A stretch of DNA of 59,274 nucleotides, filler included, from Dimargaris cristalligena (Eukaryota): assembly GCA_003614675.1 (NCBI GenBank). It is 2 parts of 2 records of this genome, joined end to end, with 100 filler letters (N's around TTAATTAATTAA, not from the genome) between each part and the next. Parts side by side here need not be neighbours in the genome. Positions count along the whole stretch, not along the records: positions 29,707 to 59,274 come from ML002481.1; 1 more part is not named here. The stretch is one strand, 5' to 3'. The position numbers and the translations under genes are program-made. Positions 53,151-59,274 of this stretch are shown piece by piece (within the stretch, counting starts at the first letter, position 1; each line of letters starts with the position of its first letter). The notes below the pieces were generated by a model. The model did no database searches. It had not been told where the DNA came from and saw nothing but the letters and a program-made list of their open reading frames with translations.

Positions 53151-56100
53151 GGTGTGCAGAATGGTAGTATTAATTAGGGTAAGGGAGAAGTAGTTAGATA
53201 TTACTCTATAATTATACGGGAACGATGCGGCGATGGTAGAATATCCGAGTTAGCCAGTAACTTGGGGATATGGCAGGGTAAATTAAGACGTTGAATCAAC
53301 GGGCGCCGATGGAAAGAGACAAATAACGAACGATATAAAAATTGGCCTGGAGGGCTAGGCCACTTGGTCTTTAAATAGATGCGCTCGTAGTAGACCATTG
53401 CAGCTGGTTTTCCATAGCCAATACACGGGGGAGTTGGGACGGGCTACGTGGCCGTTGTAATAAAAACGGCCCCCTCCCTCCCTTTACCAGCAGATCAATA
53501 ACTGGTGGAGGCCATGTCCCCCCACCTATTATTTATTTACAAGCGGCCTAGTTTCTAAATGCCCCTTCGATATTGGCCTGGCATCGTCGATGATCCTGTC
53601 TTTTTTGCCATCTGACTGGGAGATTGTCCATATGATAGAGAGAGTGAGAAAGAGGGGGGGGCGGATGGGCATGATAAAAAAATAATCCCGGTCCATTAAA
53701 CGAGTAAAGAAGGATGGGAATATGTCCAAGGTATAGTTAATATATGGCGCGGCCAACGAGGCACGGAACCGGATGTCCCGCGTTTCGTAGCCAGTGTTGT
53801 CGAAGTGACCGGGATGGCGGCAGGTCGGGGGGCCCAATCGCTAGTTTGGGTGATCTTTAGAGCCTATCCAACGAGGAGGATCAGTCCGCTATAATCTTCT
53901 CGTCAAGTAGGCCTCGTAATGGCCATAATAATTCCGGATAATCAATTAGCGACGTGCGGACTAGCCCCCCTACTACTATTATTACTACTACTATACCTCC
54001 AAAGGTGCCCTTTTTTCTTCTGCCATGGGCTCTAGCCGGGGTGGGATTTGTAATGACTGAAAAGTGGTCGAAGCCCGTTCGTTGCATTTCCAGATTAACC
54101 AGAGTTGGGCACCGCACCACCAATGCCCGCGAAGGATGGTTTACTTCTGGGTTTATCAGTCAAGAACGTTCGACCAGTATAGAGTTCTCATACCACCCCC
54201 CCCCTTGCACTTGGGCTTTATTGGCTCACTAACTCGAAAAAATAACTAAGTTACGGAAAGCACCCTAAATGGTTGGTGTACTTGAAGGAAGGCCAATGGG
54301 AATAGCCCGGCACTGGCAATTCCACTACCATATTGGGTTAGCTGAAAGTGGTGGCAATATGGGTGAGTGTGAATTTTCGTCGAATTCCAATTGGTAGGGA
54401 TTGAAAGTGGAACCAGGGTGGGGTAAACATGGCACTTGGTCGGCTCAAATTCGACTTGGAATTTTTGCCTGTCGACGCGTTGGGCACCTGGTGTGCTATC
54501 AGTGGCTATCTGGGAGCCAATGGCCGCGGTCTTGCCCAGGTTGGGACTGTACCTCGTCACTGTTGGGGTGGGGAAGTTACTGAGGTCTGCGGTTACTGCT
54601 CGCACAACAAACATATATCATGAGAATCTGGGCTGTAGCTTGCCCCTGTCTTACTATTTCGCCCGTGCCGGACTGGTCTACCAAGTGGGTGCGTAGACTT
54701 GGTTTAGCCGTACGGGGCTGGAGCTATGCAGGTGGGGGAATACCGCTGGGTAGTAATGTTGATTCACCATCGTGGACGGTGTGGTTGACCGGTCCTGTCC
54801 TGGGCCGTTTTCGTTAAGTGGTTGGGCTGACCCGACGACCACTCCCCTCCTAGCCTATCCCAGGTTTCTGCCTATTTTTCCCCGCCATATTCCTAGTCTC
54901 AATCTTTTAAATTACTCAATCTATGGGGATGCTTTAGGCGATGTAGGTTACCCAAGGGTTCGATTTGTGCGTCATGGAGCTTGTCATGATCTTCAATAAG
55001 AGTGATACCGTAGAGAGCTATACATGGCCATTTCCGGTGAATCACTCATCTGTTGATGTCTTGGTGCTGTGTGTGTAGTATTTACGTCTAGCGGGGGTTT
55101 GTATATGATCGTCACAGTAAAATAGCTAGGAGGGGTCCGCTCTAGAGAAGGGCTGCTACAACCGGCGTTTAGATGTGAGTTAAATTAGAAACACCTATTT
55201 TTATCTGTTTTATAAATATCTAGTGTCCTTACTGTCCAGGAACTGGCAATTTCAGGATGGTTACGGCTGGCCCCGCTCCCGAGTACTACAAGACCCATGT
55301 ACATTTGGGAGAAGCTCTAACCCCCCTAATGGAGGTCGAGGTCAGGCCAGAACAGGTCCAAGTCCCATTTATAGACCCTGGCTCGTTACTATTCTGCCCC
55401 CTATTCACCATCATCTGCTCGCTCATGCGTTCGTTTAACCTCTCGATGATCATTGTCATTGGGTTGTGAACCCTGTTGCGGATAGTCACTATCAAGTACA
55501 AAATGGGCGGAGGCCTGCACAGCCTTGCGCTCCTTTGGCGTACCTGGATATCCCGTTGACGGGTCCAACTGATGCGCGAAATTAGCAACCCCGACTGGTC
55601 ACGAACGACTCCACCAAAGCCGTGTTCCATTGAAAACCCCGCATCCCTAAGCTCTATGTAGCAGGTAACCCTATTGCTTTATAACAGGAATGGAGAACGG
55701 TGGCCCAATATATCAGCCCCCCCAGCTTTGGCTTTTGACCGAGTTTATATATGGTGACGTTGGGTTCAATACAAGATAGCCAGAGCCAGTTGACTACCAT
55801 TTCTTTACAGTTGGAATATATCCAGTGTAGCACCAACTTTCCTCAGTCCTCATATTTAGCTGTTTCTCTAAAGGGCCACATCGAATGACTTGGAACGCGG
55901 TGGTTGGCCCAATTTGCGGAGCCCTGTTCTTTAATTGTCTTTGTGTGCAACTTCACAGGGGTTTTATTTAGGGAGGGAGAGGGTTCTACCGTGCCTAGAG
56001 TAGCAGTGACTTAGCTGGCAGCTCCCCTTTTTCACTTTCCCAATGGACTAACTATCTCTGGCGGCTTCGAATAGTCGACCCTTCCACTTGCTCCTTTTCA

Positions 56101-56261
56101 GCTCCCACACTCCAACTTACCTCCACTTTCATTATACTATTAGAGACATTGCCCATTTCTATTTCAGCTGCAGTACTATCCAGCCCAACTCAACCCTCTA
56201 CTGGCCCACCGGGTTTCCTGCTGCATTTACTCGTCCCATACCATACCAGTTCATTTCGACC

Positions 56262-57470
56262 ATGGCCAGCCTACTCACGCGGCTTGCCATCATCTGCCTC
56301 TTTCCTGTGGCCCTGAAAGTATTCTTCTACTTCGTCAACCGCCGGGGCAACCCGACCACCTCCACCTGGCGCATTAAACGCCGGGAGGCCTTCCAGACCC
56401 GCGACCTCGGTGTTTATGTCCTCATTGGCGCCACGGCATTATGGTGCCTCTATAGCTCCTTTATCCAACCCCCGGCCAATGTGTTTTACACCCTGGACGT
56501 GTCCATTCAGGCTCCGCAATACCAACTCCGCAGCCGCTGGAACCAATACGCCGCCACCCAGCGCACCCAACAGGGGGACGCCTTCTGGCCCACCGACCGG
56601 GGATTCCCCTCGGCCACCGACAAGGTGGCTCAGGATTTCGATAAGTACTCCTACGCCCGTCTCACCCCGTACGGCCGTACCGATACGTTGGTCGACCGTC
56701 TCCAGTCGAGCGAGAATCGGCGGAGTTACGCCAATTTTGGGGAGCAGGCGTTCCTCGACTGCGGGTGGTGCCAGTCCCCCGCCGACTTTGCCTTTTATAT
56801 CATTCCCTCCATCTTCCTCCAGTACCTTTGGTTGGCTACCGTGATTGTCATTTACGCCGCCTGTGACTCTACGTATTCCCCGCGGCGGTCGAACTGGCGG
56901 TCCTATCTCCTGTCCTTTATCACGGTGGTGTTCTTGGTCGACCTGTACCTGTTCCTCAGCGACCCCGCCAAGCGCATGGACATTTGGTCCATTTTCGCCG
57001 ACCTGTCCGCCTCACCCTCCGCCAGCGCTACCGAGGCCCAACGGAACCAGGAGAAGTACTGGTTCTGGTACAACACCAGCCAAACCCTGCGCGCTTGCTT
57101 ATTCCTCCTCCTGAGTGCCGCCCTAGTCCTCCTCGATTTCATCCAAGGCGGCGAATTAACCGACCACGAATCTTTACAGGCCACCATGGCCCAGGGTGAA
57201 TTGGCGCTCCAGCGACTGCAGGCTCTGCAACTGCAGCGGTCGGCCGTGGCCCGGAATAGCGACCTGCGGAGTCAGGTGGCCGCGTTCCAAGCTGGCGAGG
57301 AAACCCAATGGAAGAACATCCTTAAGGACTCGGCCTTCAAAGAGGCCTACGAAAAGGCCGCCCGTAAACCGAATCACAATGCCATAGTTGCTGAGGCCCA
57401 GGGATTTGTCAACGCCGCGCTAGATGTTGCCTTTGCCGCGAACGACCAGTCCGATAAAAAGTCCCAATAG
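56262..57470 (+). CDS. Conserved fungal multi-pass membrane protein of unknown function with a J-domain-like segment and CxxC
   Basis: ATG in ACCATGG context; about 5 hydrophobic helices; PANVFYTLDV, LQSSENRRSYANFG and CGWC; helical C-terminus; strong coding codon bias. Confidence 0.75.
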   Translation: MASLLTRLAIICLFPVALKVFFYFVNRRGNPTTSTWRIKRREAFQTRDLGVYVLIGATALWCLYSSFIQPPANVFYTLDVSIQAPQYQLRSRWNQYAATQRTQQGDAFWPTDRGFPSATDKVAQDFDKYSYARLTPYGRTDTLVDRLQSSENRRSYANFGEQAFLDCGWCQSPADFAFYIIPSIFLQYLWLATVIVIYAACDSTYSPRRSNWRSYLLSFITVVFLVDLYLFLSDPAKRMDIWSIFADLSASPSASATEAQRNQEKYWFWYNTSQTLRACLFLLLSAALVLLDFIQGGELTDHESLQATMAQGELALQRLQALQLQRSAVARNSDLRSQVAAFQAGEETQWKNILKDSAFKEAYEKAARKPNHNAIVAEAQGFVNAALDVAFAANDQSDKKSQ

Positions 57471-58496
57471 AGAGTATTATACCCCCCTCCCCTCCCTTAC
57501 CTGGTCCAGCGCAGGCCTTCGTCTGGAGCCCCTTTAGGTCACATGGTCTATAGGTGGGGGGAGACAGGGCAGGGCTGGGCTACCTCACCCTATCTCTACG
57601 AAATTGATCTGAGGCTTCCTTCTTTTCCCCCTTTTTGGTTTAAATAACCTTCCTCATGATTCAATATACAAAAGTTGAACTTATATTATTTACGGCTTCA
57701 CTGCTGTTGGTCATTCCTATTTGTCTATAAACATCTATTGGTTAGTGTTGAAGCGTCCATTGGTGGGTAGCTGTCATTGCTAAACATAGTCTAAGCGGAC
57801 TTCGTTACCTTTTTTTTTTTTTTTGGATAGTGGGTAGCCCCAAGTTGGTCCATTAACTCGAGTGGTTTAAGCCGGCCTTGAGCGACCAATTTTCGGTTAA
57901 TGAACAACAGATCTGACTTGGGGGTTTCCTATATCCTCTCATCGGTACCATTCAATATACCTCTATAGTATTTAAAAGAATATGGAGATAGGGGAAGTAT
58001 CCAGTAGACCAATTTTAGGCCAAAATCACCCGTCTCGCCAAATAGTTATTCTATTGTATAGTCTAATTGAGCCTCTCCCACATGCTCTAGATTTCATCTG
58101 GTGTCAGCCAGAAACTCGGTAGAAATGCGACTAAATGATTACATTTCTACAAAAGAGACGCTTAGCCTAAAATAAACCACATATACATAATTGAACTTAT
58201 TATAGAGGCAGACATCGGCTATTCATTCAAACCATGGGCATGTCATCAATTGATGGCAGCGGTGCATGCACAATTTATTGGACTAATAGTCAATGTAAAT
58301 AAACAAGTTGGTGCTGGTGCCGGAGGGTCAGAAATAGCCCAAAATCCGGGTTTTGAGAAGCGACAAGTAAATGTAATGGGGGAGAATGGTAATATATACA
58401 TATATACATTTATAACAATCGCTATTTAAAATTACATCGGGGATTTGGAGTTCTGGGCCTTAAGCGCAGTATCTGCGGCGGCTCCTCCATGAGGTA

Positions 58497-58709
58497 TCAT
58501 TGACTACGTCCAAGCATACGTTTCCCCGTATCAACGACCTTCTTATAGATTCCAGTCGCTAATTTAGCCGGATAGCTCACCAGCTTATTTACGAAATTCT
58601 GGGGGCTACCATGAAGAGTAACGCGAAGTGGGGCCAATGAAGGGGCTGCCTGGACCTGGTTGCTGGCGATAGTAATAAGGAGAAAAGCAATGATCGTGGA
58701 CTTATTCAT
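58497..58709 (-). CDS. Small secreted cationic peptide, 70 aa
   Basis: Signal peptide MNKSTIIAFLLITIASNQVQA/AP; ACAATG start context; TATA-like TATATATA about 100 nt upstream; AT-rich 3' flank. Confidence 0.65.
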   Translation of the reverse strand: MNKSTIIAFLLITIASNQVQAAPSLAPLRVTLHGSPQNFVNKLVSYPAKLATGIYKKVVDTGKRMLGRSQ

Positions 58710-59274
58710 TGTAGTAGTGGTGAGATGAGAAGGTGACGTCAAAAAATGTGGAGCGATAATGAAGATAAGCTGGAATGGACGATGTGTGATTAAAGGAAAG
58801 GGGGTGTATATATACGCGCGCGCGCGTGTGTGTGTGTATGGAGAGGGGGAGGGTGCTGCCTAGAAGAGCCAATGTATAATATACGACAATTGGTGAATGG
58901 CCACCTCGGCTAGTTGGAATGAATGGGGTTAGATTTAGAAATGATAAACTGAAAATAGGTGTGGGGGGGGGGGGGCAATACCTTTGAGTCTAATGGGGTA
59001 ATAGATGCAGTGACAACGGTGTTTCTGTGAAGGAGATATAGATGTCCTTAAATACTTTTGTGGTTTGGGAATGTCGCCCGAGTTGACCACTCTTGGTCCG
59101 TCAAGAGTCTCGGGGGTAGGCTTCTAACGGTAGGCGGGGCGTTGGACATGGCCAAGTGGGCTACTAGTGTTAGGGGCGGTGACAAGACTAACCGAATAAA
59201 GCAAGCATAGGACATAGGCGAGGTCCGTGCACTAGATGCACACTTACTGGTCAGTACTAGGGGGTGAGCATATA

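Noticed and set aside
53200-56200. Numerous 60-120 aa ORFs between the CAP gene and the membrane-protein gene (also 17400-19800, 22300-24200 and 38900-41700)
   Set aside because: No motifs, codon bias or consistent splice structure; treated as intergenic or UTR.

Overview
Eukaryotic fungal genomic DNA with GT-AG introns, CTAAC-type branch points and high GC3. The gene set and the actin N-terminus suggest an early-diverging fungus, possibly Zoopagomycota (Kickxellomycotina, Dimargaris-like); this is inference only. The window appears to be two contigs joined by an artificial 100-nt spacer (44 N + TTAATTAATTAA + 44 N, 29607-29706). Contig 1 (1-29606) carries a 5'-truncated HIS4, TMEM223/Mrx15-like, peroxisomal HSDL2-like SDR, frameshifted ARG2, DBP2 with its conserved large intron, PSD1 (ATG out of frame), a CCC2-type Cu-ATPase, actin, calcipressin RCN1 and an ELL-associated factor (EAF). 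Contig 2 (29707-59274) carries a 6-kb gene-free region, a talin-F0-like/PH/PH protein, a Gtt3-like membrane protein, a SOSS-B/hSSB1-like OB-fold protein, SYP1/FCHo, a secreted double-CAP protein, a membrane protein with a degenerate J-like domain, and a small secreted cationic peptide. The strongest leads are: an in-frame, stop-free cryptic exon inside the DBP2 autoregulatory intron; the talin-F0-like + PH architecture; decoy splice acceptors and multiple hairpins in actin intron 1; +1 frameshifts in two mitochondrial enzyme genes; and an antimicrobial-peptide-like secreted peptide. All homology calls come from motif recognition; no database searches were run.
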